Shown: positions 22,745-33,519 of the stretch, piece after piece
How the letters are laid out: every line of letters begins with the position of its first letter
Numbering within the stretch: position 1 is the first letter of the stretch
NCBI GenBank assembly: GCA_038087875.1
Contig: CM075989.1
Span: forward strand, 7,256,001 to 7,320,000
Reading direction: 5' to 3'
Length of the DNA stretch: 64,000 nucleotides
Source of the DNA: Malacoraja senta
Taxonomy: Eukaryota
The notes under the pieces: generated by a model
The model's input: only the letters and a program-made list of their open reading frames with translations
Told to the model about the DNA's origin: nothing
Databases searched by the model: none
Program-made: the position numbers and the translations under genes

Positions 22745-23939
22745 GCAACTATTTAAAATAGCTATCCTCGTGTGCAAAATCAACATGTTTGACAAATCAT
22801 ACTCTTCTCTGATAATGTACTTCAGATATATGCCAAATGCAAAGACTAACATTAACATGATGTCAAGGATGCACTTGGAACATAGAACAGTACATCACAG
22901 GAACAGGCCCTTCAGTCCACCATGATGCCAAGATAATCTCCTCTGCCTGCATGTTATCATTATTCCTCCATACCCTGCATATCCATTTAACTATGTAAAC
23001 GTTTTGTATGGGATATGGGCCAAATATAACTCGTATAAAGCTTGGTCAGCATTGATGAATTAGGCTGAAGAGCCTGTTTTCATGCCATATGACTCTCTCT
23101 GTGTGAACATTGTTTCTACAATCCCACCTCATCAAAAAGAACAGATCATGGGTCCTGAGGTTATCCCAACCCAAAAGAAGGCATCCCTGACAGAGTATCA
23201 CTCTCTCGATAGTGCAGTTTCTAATTTGCTTTGTTTCAAAGATGTTAAAAACCAATGCCTGCGTACTGACTATTTTGTTCATCTGCCCGAGACCACAAGG
23301 CCTTTAATAGCCAGCCAGTGACTCATGATGTGACTTGTTTATGTTGGAGAATGCGGAGGAAAGATTTTAAGAAAAAAGGGCTGAGCTTTGTGAAAGCGTG
23401 CGTTAGCAGAGTTTCCCAAAGATAACCAAAAAACCCAACTCCAACCCACATCATTAATGGCCCATGGCCCAACTACTACTGAAAGGTACCTCCAGTTGGC
23501 TGTCTCACCCTTCAAATCCAAGACTGGGAAAACGTCATTAGTTTCAGGGCACATTGGCTTTCACTCTCAGGAGAACTATTGGGTTGAGGGTGATTAGAGA
23601 ACATGGGGTTTTATAGAGAAGTGATCTTTTATAATTGGGGAGTGGCAAGAATGTGGATTGGATGATGGTAGCAGGGGGGTTTCTGCACCAGGAGCCAATG
23701 GAAGTCAATGAAAAGAGTTGTGTTTGAAAATATTTAATCATCTTTTGATCCCCTTGTGCCGACAGGAAAAGCATGCTTAGAGAAATAACCAGATAAAATA
23801 CAACTCATTCTCCTGGGCATACTAGCCTTAACATTGACTTTACTAATAGCAGGACCTCAATTATAGCCTCAATTTTCATTTTTGCAGGTGGCAAGATACT
23901 GACATGCCCAACCCATACTGTAACATCAGTGATAGAGTG

Positions 23940-24214
23940 CGGATAAAGGCCTTTCAGCCTACTGAATGAGTGCCAACCAGCGATTCCTGTACACAAGCAC
24001 TACTCGACACATTAGTTACAGTTTACATTTTTATCAAAGCAAATTGACTGACAAACCTGTACATCTTTGGAGTGTAGGAGGAGATCAGAGTACCCAGAGA
24101 AAACCCACGTGGCCACCGGGAGAACGTACAAACTCCATACAGCCAGCACTCTTAGTCAGGATCGAACTCTGGTCTCTGGCATTGTAAGGCAACAACACTA
24201 CTACTGCGCCACTG
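23940..24214 (-). mobile_element. V-SINE (HE1-like)
   Basis: Antisense V-domain (gggagaacgtacaaactcc) and B box (ggatcgaac). Confidence 0.85.
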
Positions 24215-24561
24215 TAGGATGGCATCTTTAAAGCGATGATTGCTGATGCAGACTTGCCCACATGCAACACCCAATTTCCTTCCATCTTCTCCCACCCCAA
24301 ACATTGTTGCTTTTAGCTTATAGTTATCTCCTTACCTTAGTGTTGGAGTCTTTCCTCTCTGCTTGCATCTTCTCTCGGGAGATCCTTAGCCATCTAACTC
24401 TATTGCAATTTCACTGATACTTCCCCTCTCTTGACCTCTGACCCTCTGTGCCTACTGACCTGTGTTAGCTCCTGGCCTGGTCACAATTTCTCCTCTGCTC
24501 CATATTTCCCTATAGCATAACTTTCCTCAAGTTATGGTGATCTGATCCCTTGAACATCTTG

Positions 24562-24859
24562 GTCGGTACAGTGGCACAGCGGTAGAGTTGCTGCCTTACA
24601 GCGCCAGAGACCCAGGTTCAATCCTGACTAAGGGTGTTGTCTGTATGGTGTTTGTACGTTCTCCCAGTGACCTGTGTGGGTTTTCTCCGGGTGCTCCGAT
24701 TTCCTCCCACATTCCAAAGACGTACAGGTTTGTAGGCTAATTGGCTTTGGTAAAATTGTAAATTGTCCCTAGTGAGTGTAGGATAGTATTAGTGTGCAGG
24801 GATCGCTGGTCGGCGTGGGCTGAAGGGTCTGTTTCCGTACTATATCTCTAAACTAAACT
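24562..24859 (+). mobile_element. V-SINE (HE1-like), near full length
   Basis: tggcacagcgg (A box), ggttcaatcc (B box), V-domain and ctctaaactaaact tail. Confidence 0.9.
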
Positions 24860-25161
24860 CCAAATTTTGCTACTCTGCTTTTTCAGAGGTCATGGCTGTT
24901 TGCACTAGAATTTCAATCCAAAGCTACTGAACCTTAAGCTTGGGTATTGTTTAAAGTTTATTTTTGTTCAGGCAACATTATAGGTCAAGAACCATCTGTG
25001 GAGCAACCTACCCCAGTCCATCATTTTATTCTTTCTTCACTTAAACCCCCTTTTTCTGTGACACTTAGTCTGCTACATTGCAGATGTTCTATTGCTCTGA
25101 CGTGAATCATTGATCATGCCGTTAACACTTTCTCTCTCCAGATATTACCTGGCCAAATATC

Positions 25162-25277
25162 AGGTAGACACAAAATGCTGGAGTAACTCAGCGAGACAGG
25201 CAGCATCTCTGGAGAGGAGGAATGGGTGATGTTTCGGGTCGAGACCCTTCTTCAGACTGATGTCAGGGGACCGGGTG
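25162..25277 (-). mobile_element. Solo pLTR mini-insertion
   Basis: 11-bp TSD ggccaaatatc (25151-25161, 25278-25288). Confidence 0.85.
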
Positions 25278-25492
25278 GGCCAAATATCTCCTGATATGAC
25301 TTGATGCCAACTTCAATAATGCTCACTCAGTACTAGTGAATGTCGACAGGTTACTTTCTCTGGTGTCTAATGCTATGCTGGATATACTTCATCTCAATGC
25401 TGAAATAGTGATGATCCTGTAGAATTTATGCAGAGTTGTCTATCAGGATATCCAAAGGTACCACATTCTAGAAGACCACAGGAATATACCTT

Positions 25493-25684
25493 GTTTAAGA
25501 AGGAACTGCAGATGCTGGAAAATCGAAGGTACACAAAAATGCTGGAGAAACTCAGCGGGTGCAGCAGCATCTATGGAGCGAAGGAGATAGGCAACCTTTC
25601 GGGCAGAAACTCTGAAGAAGTGTTTCGGCACGAAACGTTGCCTATCTCCTTCGCTCCATAGATGCTGCTGCACCCGCTGAGTTT
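25493..25684. mobile_element. Fold-back PLE pLTR mini-element
   Basis: Antisense arm 25493-25610 and sense arm 25611-25684; 17-bp TSD ccacaggaatatacctt (25476-25492, 25685-25701). Confidence 0.9.
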
Positions 25685-26134
25685 CCACAGGAATATACCT
25701 TCTTGTGCTAAACGTTGGGTTAATGGCTTAGAGTACGTATTTGGATTTGGGAATCAGGAGTCTGTTCTTGTTTAGATGTCCATTGCTCATAACTGAACTT
25801 GGTTCAATACCCACATGATTTTATAAAAATAAATCAAATTCTAGGTTCTCTTGGAAAGACATCTCATTAATTTACTTTTTGGACATTGCGTGTATTGGTT
25901 ATCCTAATATTTAATAGTACAAAAATGCACTTCTGATCAACCACCAGTCTTCCTAATTTAATTGATCTGACATATCAATCATATTATTGCACACTTACCA
26001 GCTTGTTGTTTATATTGCATCAAAAGATGACCAAAAAAAATAATACTTCAATTACCAGGGTAGACATTATTTACCTCAATTTAAATATTGTACTTACGTA
26101 AGTTGGCAAAAGTTGTACAAAATGCTGGAAACAG

Positions 26135-26435
26135 GGTGGCACGGTGGCGCAGCGGTTGAGTTGCTGCCTTACCCAGGTTCGATCCCAACTACAGGTGCCG
26201 TCTGTATGGAGTTTGTACGTTCTCCCCGTGATCGCGTGGGTTTTCTCCGAGATCTTTGGTTTCCATCCACACTCCAAAGACGTACACATTTGTAGGTTAA
26301 TTGGCTTGGGTTTGTATACTTGGTATAAGTGTAACTTGTCCCTAGTGTGTGTGTGTAGGCTTGTGTTAATGTGTGGGGATCGCTGGTCGGTGTGGGCCGA
26401 AGGGCCTGTTTCCACACTATCTATAAAACTAAAAC
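26135..26435 (+). mobile_element. V-SINE (HE1-like)
   Basis: tggcgcagcgg, ggttcgatcc, V-domain and gggccgaagggcctgtttcc tail. Confidence 0.9.
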
Positions 26436-26519
26436 TATTATTGATCTGAAATATCAACAGTTTCTCCTCCAGAGATGCTATCTACCTGAGTATATCCAGC
26501 GTATTGGTTTTTTTCAGGC

Positions 26520-27125
26520 TTCGGCCTATTGAGTCTACTCCGCCTGATCTAGAAGTGTCCCCATTGAGTCTATTCCGCCTAGTTTAATCATGACTGATCT
26601 AAATTTTCCTCTCAACACCATTCTTCTTCCTTCTCCCCATAACCTTTGATATCCTTACTAATCAAGTACCTGTAAATCTTTGCTTTAAAAATAACCAGTG
26701 TTCACAGCTGTCCACAGCTCCACAGCTGTCTGTGTCGATGAATTACACCGATTCATCACCCTCTGGCTAAAGAAATTCCTTCTCATCTCCTTTCTTAAAG
26801 GTAGGACCTTTTAGTCTGAGGCTGTGCCCTCTGGTCCGAGATTCACCGACTAGTCTCCACATCCACTCTATTCAGGCCTACACTAAGTTTCTATGAGATT
26901 TCTCCCCCCCCCCCCCCCCCCCCCCCCCATTCTTCTAAACTCCAGCAAGTACAAGTCCAGAGCCGTCAAATGCTCATCATACGTTAACCTAATCACCCAT
27001 GGGATCATTCTTGTAAACCTGCTCTGGACCTTTCCAATGCCAACTCATACCTCCTCAGATATGCGGCCCAAAACTGCTCACAATATTCCAAATGCGGTCT
27101 GACCAGTGCCTTATAAAGCCCCAGC
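26520..27125 (-). mobile_element. CR1-clade LINE 3' fragment
   Basis: Minus translation LYKALVRPHLEYCEQFWAAYLRRYELALER, then the CR1 C-terminus and 3' UTR. Confidence 0.85.
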
Positions 27126-27577
27126 ATTCCACAGACTCCATGAGATTCGAGATTATTGCTGGACAATGGATGGATTCCCACATGCATTCTTGTGAGCAGT
27201 GGGAGTTGGCAGAATTTGACCTTCGTGGCTTTCCTTCTTTTGACGTTGGTCCAGATTCTCTCAGTGTTCTGGCAACTGTATGTGAAGAAAGTTAACACTG
27301 GCTACATGGACTGAAAGAAATTGAGTTTTAACAAATGTTAAAGTGCAGTGACAAGGAAGGGTTTGGAATAAAGGGAAGGAAAGAATCTGGGACGGAGTAT
27401 CCGTGCAGTCCAGGAATGCTCCAAGTTGTTGAAAGATTTTGGCTGCCCCTCCTTCCATTTCCTGTTTCCACATTGTTTTGCTGCTAATTGTTCTCCCTAT
27501 TTCTCTTGCACTTCTCATTGTCTGACTCCCTTTGATAATTCTTTTCTCGCTTGATGTAGAGTGAGAGAATAGAAGTG

Positions 27578-27705
27578 AAGGAACAGGTGACGTTTCGGGT
27601 CAAGACCCTTCAGTCTGAAGAAGATTCTCGACCCGAATCGTCACCTATTCCTTTTCTCCAGGGATGCTGCCTGTCCCGCTGAGTTACTCCAGCATTTTGT
27701 GTCCA
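27578..27705. mobile_element. Fold-back PLE pLTR mini-element
   Basis: ggtgacgtttcgggtcaagaccc...gtctgaagaagattctcgacccgaatcgtcacc forms an inverted pair. Confidence 0.8.
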
Positions 27706-28059
27706 GTGTGTTTGCACGTTGTCACATTACTGTGTAAGATGCAGACTGTGGTGTTCACTGTGGTTAAAAATGACCTTTGTCATGCTCTGAATTTCAATTT
27801 CCATTTCACTGAAGGCGAGTCATCTGCAGCAAGTGGCCATTCTGCCCATTATGGCACTGCCAGCACTTTAAAATTGTCATTGCCTAGCCCTTTCATGTTC
27901 TTTCCCCAGGGCTCATTCCCCTCTTCATCTCGAAAATGACAATTAAATCTGCCTCCACCACTCCTTTCAGCACTAAGTTTCATCTGACCCCTGTCCTGCT
28001 CCCTCCTCTTTCAATCTGTTTCTGCAAACTTTAAATTTATCCTTGCTTCTCCATGTAGC

Positions 28060-28255
28060 AACAAAAAAGTGCAAAGTGTGGGAGTAACTCAGTGCGTCAA
28101 GCAGCATCTCTGGAGAAGATGGATGGGGCGTTTTGGGTCGAAACTCTTCTTCAGACTCAGTCTGAAGTAGGGTCCTGACTCAAAGGGTCGCCTATCCATG
28201 TTCTCCAGAGGTTCTGTCTGACCTGCTGAGTTTCTCCAGCACGTGGTGTCTTGTT
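28060..28255. mobile_element. Fold-back PLE pLTR mini-element
   Basis: Inverted arms meeting at ttcagactcagtctgaag. Confidence 0.75.
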
Positions 28256-29109
28256 TCTCCACCCTTTTCTCATCCCAAATGCTATTCCAAAAAATCTCCT
28301 CAAACCCTGTCAAGAGCCTTTGCAGGATTGGAACAATGTGTTGCACTGCCAGCTAATAGAACAAATGCAGATAATTCCACACCACTTTGTGTACACAGTT
28401 AAATGCCTGGTTAATTTTATCACCCGCTGAGCATTAAAGGTTGTGAACTTATTCAAAGAAGGGGAGAGAGGTGCTGACAAGCAAGTTAATTGTCCAATCT
28501 CATCCTGCGTATCATGGGTATTCATCTCTAATGTGTGTGGGTAGGCACTGCGGGAAGGATACAGATTCTGTGTTTGCTAAAACATTCATCACTCTCCAAT
28601 AAAGATGAATGACACAGATAATACATTTGTCAAAATCCCTTAAAGAAGTTCCAGGTAAATGGGTGCAGGCTGAATTGATGAGCTTTTCCTGAGATGTGGG
28701 TCTAAGTTGTTTTGAGGCAATAACATCTTACTGTTCAGTTATTGTTGTGGTCACTTTTGAAGAAACCTGAGAAGGCAAAGAAATGTGGCCATTGTCACTG
28801 ATTAATGTAGCTGAGAATATGATTTGCTTCACACCATGAATATCATCTAGCTCACCTCAGCCTTCTATGTTTAACCACCCATACACTATAGGTTCTTAAA
28901 ATATCTCACCTGTTTCCTGTGACAAAATCTGTCTTTTTTGTTTGGTTTATTGCTAAATATCTTGTATTAATAGTCTTTAATTTAGGAATTCTCCTGCAGT
29001 TCTTCCAGCTATTCTCCGTTCTGCTCTGCCCAATCTTAATTTCAATAACTTTTACTAGATTGCTCTCTAAATCTCACGTATTCATGGAGAAAATCTGTCA
29101 TGCTTGACT

Positions 29110-29695
29110 GTTCTATGTAACTCCAGGCCCACCTTCATCTACTGCATCTGGTGTTTCCAATGTGGGCTCCTGTACATCGGTGAGACCAAGCGTGCACCTA
29201 TGCTTGGTCCACCTAGGTCTACGCGATCTCCCAGTTGCCAACCATTTCAACTCCCCTTCCCATTCCCCTACTGGCCTTTCTGTCCTGGGCCTGCCAGAGT
29301 GAGGCCATACGCATATTGGAAGAACAGCTCTTCGTATTTCGCTTGGGTAGCTTACAATCCAGCGATATGAACATTGAATTAGCTAATTTTAAGTAACTTC
29401 TACTCACGCTCCCCTCCATACCCCTCCTTCCTGCACCCTAGTAGTTTAACCAGTTCCACAGTTCGCCACAATATATCCCGCTTGAGATCACACCTTCCGT
29501 AGCCAACAATTGGCCAACCAGGGCACCACCCTGCCTAAGGTCATCTGTTGCCAACCCCGATTAGTCCTGGTCTTTTCTCCCCTCCAGCTCTTCACCCCCA
29601 CCTCACCCCACCCCACATACTTGGAGAAGGGTCCCGATCCGAAATGTCACCTATGCATGTTCTCCAGACCCGCTGCTGCCTGACCCGCTGAGTGT
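29110..29695 (+). mobile_element. PLE GIY-YIG fragment plus 3' tail
   Basis: FIYCIWCFQCGLLYIGETKR (GIY-YIG signature); HFNSPSH and EEQL..RLGSLQ blocks follow in shifted frames; pLTR at about 29620-29695. Confidence 0.85.
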
Positions 29696-30624
29696 AATGA
29701 CTGGGCAGGTCACTCCCTTTGAAAGTAGCCGGGCGGTGGAGGCAGGTGGAAACGCGTGTTCCAATCAAAGTTGAATGTTCCAACCAGCTGCTTTTCCTCG
29801 ATTGTTATGAGGGGTGAGGCAGGATTCGAGATCACTTTGTTGGCTGGTCATGTGGTCATAAGAGCAGAATTAGGCCATTAGGCCCATCAAGTCTACTCCG
29901 CCATTCAATCATTGCTGATCTATTTCTCCCATTCGCCTGCCATCTCCCCATAACCCCTGACAACCGTACTAATCACGATTTCTTTCATTTTTGTAAATCT
30001 TGTTAACGGGCTCAATTACAGTTTCAACAGTACAGGAGGTAGTGGGGGGGGAGACGAGTTCAAATAAAGGGCTAGACTACGTTAATCATCTCTATAATAG
30101 TGATGCCCTTGCAAATATCTACCCTTGGTGGGCCGAAGCACCTGTTTCCCTGCTGTATCTCTAAGTGCTTCAACTTATCAAAGACTTTCTCCGTGTTTAT
30201 GAACATTCTTGGAGTGCCGATCAGAGTCAAGTCCTTTCCAGTCATTTCCTTTCACAGGACACAGCAAACTGCTGGCTTCCTTGTTTTGGCTGACACTCCA
30301 ACTGTTGTCCATGTATTTTGTTTCACCGCCCGTCAAAGTTCAGCGGATCAGATGGTGACAGGTTGTATAGAACATACAGAAACCACCGTTGGACATAATT
30401 TGCATTGGAATTTGTTTATATAAAAGAGCTATTCTAATAAAGAGAAATTTTAATGGGATATGCCTGGATTGTTACTGATGTTTATCTGGTTTACCCAACT
30501 TGGGAATATATTCACTCAACGTGGTCAAAGGTGATCACCCACAGGGCAGTTCAGCTCCACTGCTTTTTATACTGCGTTCAAGTCTAAAGGTTGTGCATTC
30601 AAATCTTACTTCAAGTTTAGTTTA

Positions 30625-31758
30625 AGGTAGATAAAAATGCTGGAGAAACTCAGCGGGTGAGGCAGCATCTATGGAGCGAAGGAAATGGGCGACGTTTCGG
30701 GTCGAGACCCTTCTTCAGACTGATGTGAGTGTGGGGGGGGGGGGGTGGGGCAGGAAAAATAAAGGAGTAGGCGGAGACAGTGGGCTGTGGGAGAGCTGGA
30801 AAGGGGAGAGGAAAGAAGGAGAAAGCAGGGACTACCTGAAATTGGAGAAGTCAATGTTCATACCACTGGGTGTAAACTACCCAAGCAAAATATGAGGTGC
30901 TGCTCCTCCAATTTACGGTGGGCCTCGCTCTGGCCATGGAGGAGGCCCAGGACAGGAAGGTCGGATTCAGAATGGGAGGGGGAGTTGAAGTGCTGAGCCA
31001 TCGGGAGATCAGGTTGGTTATTGCGAACCGAGCAGAGGTCTTGGGCGAAGCGATCGCCAAGCCTACGCTTGGTCTCACTGACGTAGAGCAGCTGACACCT
31101 AGAGCAGCGGATGCAATAGATGAGGTTGGAGGAGGTGCAGGTGAACCTCTGCCGCACCTGGAAAGACTGCTTGGGTCCTTGAATGGAGTCGAGGGGGGAA
31201 GGTAAAGCGACAAGTGTAGCATTTCCTGCGGTTGCAAGGGAAAGTGCCAGGAGAGGGGGTGGTTTGTGTGGGAAGGGACAACTTGACCAGGGAGTTATGG
31301 AGGGAGCGGTCTCTGCGGAAAGCCGAAAGGGGAGGAGATGGGAAGATGTGGCCAGTGGTGGGATCCTGTTGGAGGTGACGAAAATGTCGGAGGATTATTT
31401 GTTGTACGTGACGGCTGGTAGGGTGGAAGGTGAGGACAAGGGGGACTCTGCCCTTGTTACGAGTAGGGGGATGGGGAGTGAGAGCAGAGTTACGGGGTAT
31501 AGAAAAGACCCTGGTGAGAGCCTCAACTATAGTAGAAGAGGGGAACCCCCGTTCCCTGAAGAATGAAGACATCTCCGATGCCCTGGTTTGGAACACCTCA
31601 TCCTGGGTGCAGATGCGGCATAGACGGAGGAATTGGGAGTAGGGGATGGAGTCCTTTCAGGAAGCAGGGTGGGAAGAAGTGTAGTCCAGATAGCCACGGG
31701 AGTCAGTGGGTTTGTAGTCTATCACCTGTCGGTCAGTAGTCTATCACCTGCGATGGAG
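30625..31758 (-). mobile_element. Penelope-like retroelement (Neptune-type architecture), 5'-truncated and frameshifted
   Basis: RT thumb (DSIPYSQFLRLCRIC), linker RVPLVLTFHP..SAFRRDRSL, Cys cluster CNRRKCYTC, and GIY-YIG NLIYCIRCSRCQLLYVSETKRRL..HFNSPSH..EEQHLIF. A pyrimidine tract and pLTR follow. Probable TSD agtttagttta (30614-30624, 31759-31769). Confidence 0.92.
30691..30718 (-). ncRNA. Minimal hammerhead-ribozyme-like core in the PLE pLTR
   Basis: Minus strand reads CTGAAGA-A-GGGT(CTCG)ACCC-GAAA-C-GTC. It has the core boxes, a 4-bp helix II and a palindromic ACGT helix III; helix I is only about 2 bp in this copy. Confidence 0.6.
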
Positions 31759-32465
31759 AGTTTAGTTTAGTTTAGAGCAAAGATCCTATAGCGCAGGAGG
31801 ATCTTTGGTTTAGAGATACAGGGCCCTGGAAACGGGGCCTTCGGCCCACTGAGTCCGCACCGACCAGCGATCACACATTAACACTGTGCTGCACACACAA
31901 GGGACAATTACATTCATACCAAGCCAATTAACCTACAAAAACCTGTACGTGTTGGGAGTGTGGGAAGAAACTGAAAATCTTGGTGAAAACCCACTCGATC
32001 ACGGGGAGAACAGGCGGCACAGTGGCGCAGCGGTAGAGTTGCCGCCTTACAGCGCTTGCAGCGCCGAAAACCCAGGTTCGATCCTGACTATGGCCGCTGT
32101 CTGTATGGAGTTTGCACGTACTCCCCGTAACCTGCGTGTTTTTTCTCCGAGATCTTCAGTTTCCTCCTGCACTCCAAAGACGTACAGGTTTGTAGGTTAA
32201 TTGGCTTGGTAAATGTAAAAATTGTCGACCAGCGATCGCTCCGTACACTAACACTGATGCACACACTAGGAACAATTTACAATTTTTGCCAAAACCAATT
32301 AACCTACAAACCTGTACGTCCTTGGAGTGTGGGAGGAAACCGGAGCACCTGGAGAAAACACGCGGTCACAAGGAGAATGTACAAACTCCAGACAGACAGC
32401 ACCCGTAGTCGGGATTGAACCCAGATCTCTGCAAGGCAACAACTTTACCTCGATGTCACTGTGCC
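31759..32465. mobile_element. Cluster of three V-SINE pieces (minus 31759-32010, plus 32012-32225, minus 32226-32465)
   Basis: V-domain, head and tail sequences recognisable in alternating orientation. Confidence 0.85.
31778..31807. mobile_element. 30-bp hAT-type miniature element
   Basis: Perfect 10-bp TIRs caaagatcct / aggatctttg with a 10-nt spacer; 8-bp TSD gtttagag (31770-31777, 31808-31815). Confidence 0.75.
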
Positions 32466-33519
32466 ACTCCAGTGGTTCAGTGGTAGAGTCCCTATTAATT
32501 TCGGTCCCTATGTCCTTACAATTGATCCAGGCCTCCACATGTTAATTTAACGGCAGGAGTTTTGCCTGTCCGGAAGCCTCAATCCCAAGAGTAGAGTATT
32601 TTGGTGTCGTGTGTGTCGGAAACGAGTGAGGAAATTCTTCCTCTTCAATGAAGAGGCTCATTGCAATACCAGCTGGATTGTGCATAAGACCCAGTCATGC
32701 AAATCCTTGCACAACCAGAATACTATAACTGTCTAAACTCAGAGAATAGTCTTTCTCTTCCGTGACAGAACTCAAGAACATCTGTGATCTTTCAAGGGAA
32801 CTCTTATTATAATAAGTTATCGTCTGTGCCTCCAAATTGTATACTCGGATTGCAGAATACGATCTGTATTTGGCTCGGTGACTTGAGGCTGTGTGTTATA
32901 TAAATGAATCTTGACCTGACTAATGGCTTTTTGAGAACAGGATGAGATCAGTTGGAATAATCAGAACCAGCTGATATAACTCATCTAATACTTACTTCTA
33001 CAGTAGTTTTGTGATTATGTTTCCACAATAGGATAATAAGCTTTGATTATTTTCTCCATTTAAAAAAAATATTTTGGCCTGTAGGGTTTTTCTGTTAGCC
33101 TTTGGGCCTTGTTTATTCTTGTTGGTGAACGCATTGAAGTGTTGAGCAAGGCAGCAAAGGGTCCTGCCCAAGTGTGGGTGCCGCGTGCAAGCTGAGAATT
33201 GGTGTTGTTCACGTCTGAAATGATAATGCGTTAATCCACTGTCTCACTGTGGCGCACAGCGGGAATATGGTTCTATTGTACGTCTAGCCCTGAGGCGCGA
33301 GCATATGTTGGTTGATTTATCGATTGTAATTTTTGCTGGCTTCTTCCTAAAAGGTTGTTTCATTTGGAGATCATTATTTAATCTGTCGGGCAGATTAAAT
33401 GGAAGAAAATGCCCAGCACACACTGATGCTGAGGTTAGCATTTTGTGATGTGTCGGGCTCTCAAGAAGCTAAATGATTTTCATGCCTCGGGTGGAGAAAT
33501 ATAAAAGATAGTTGATTAA

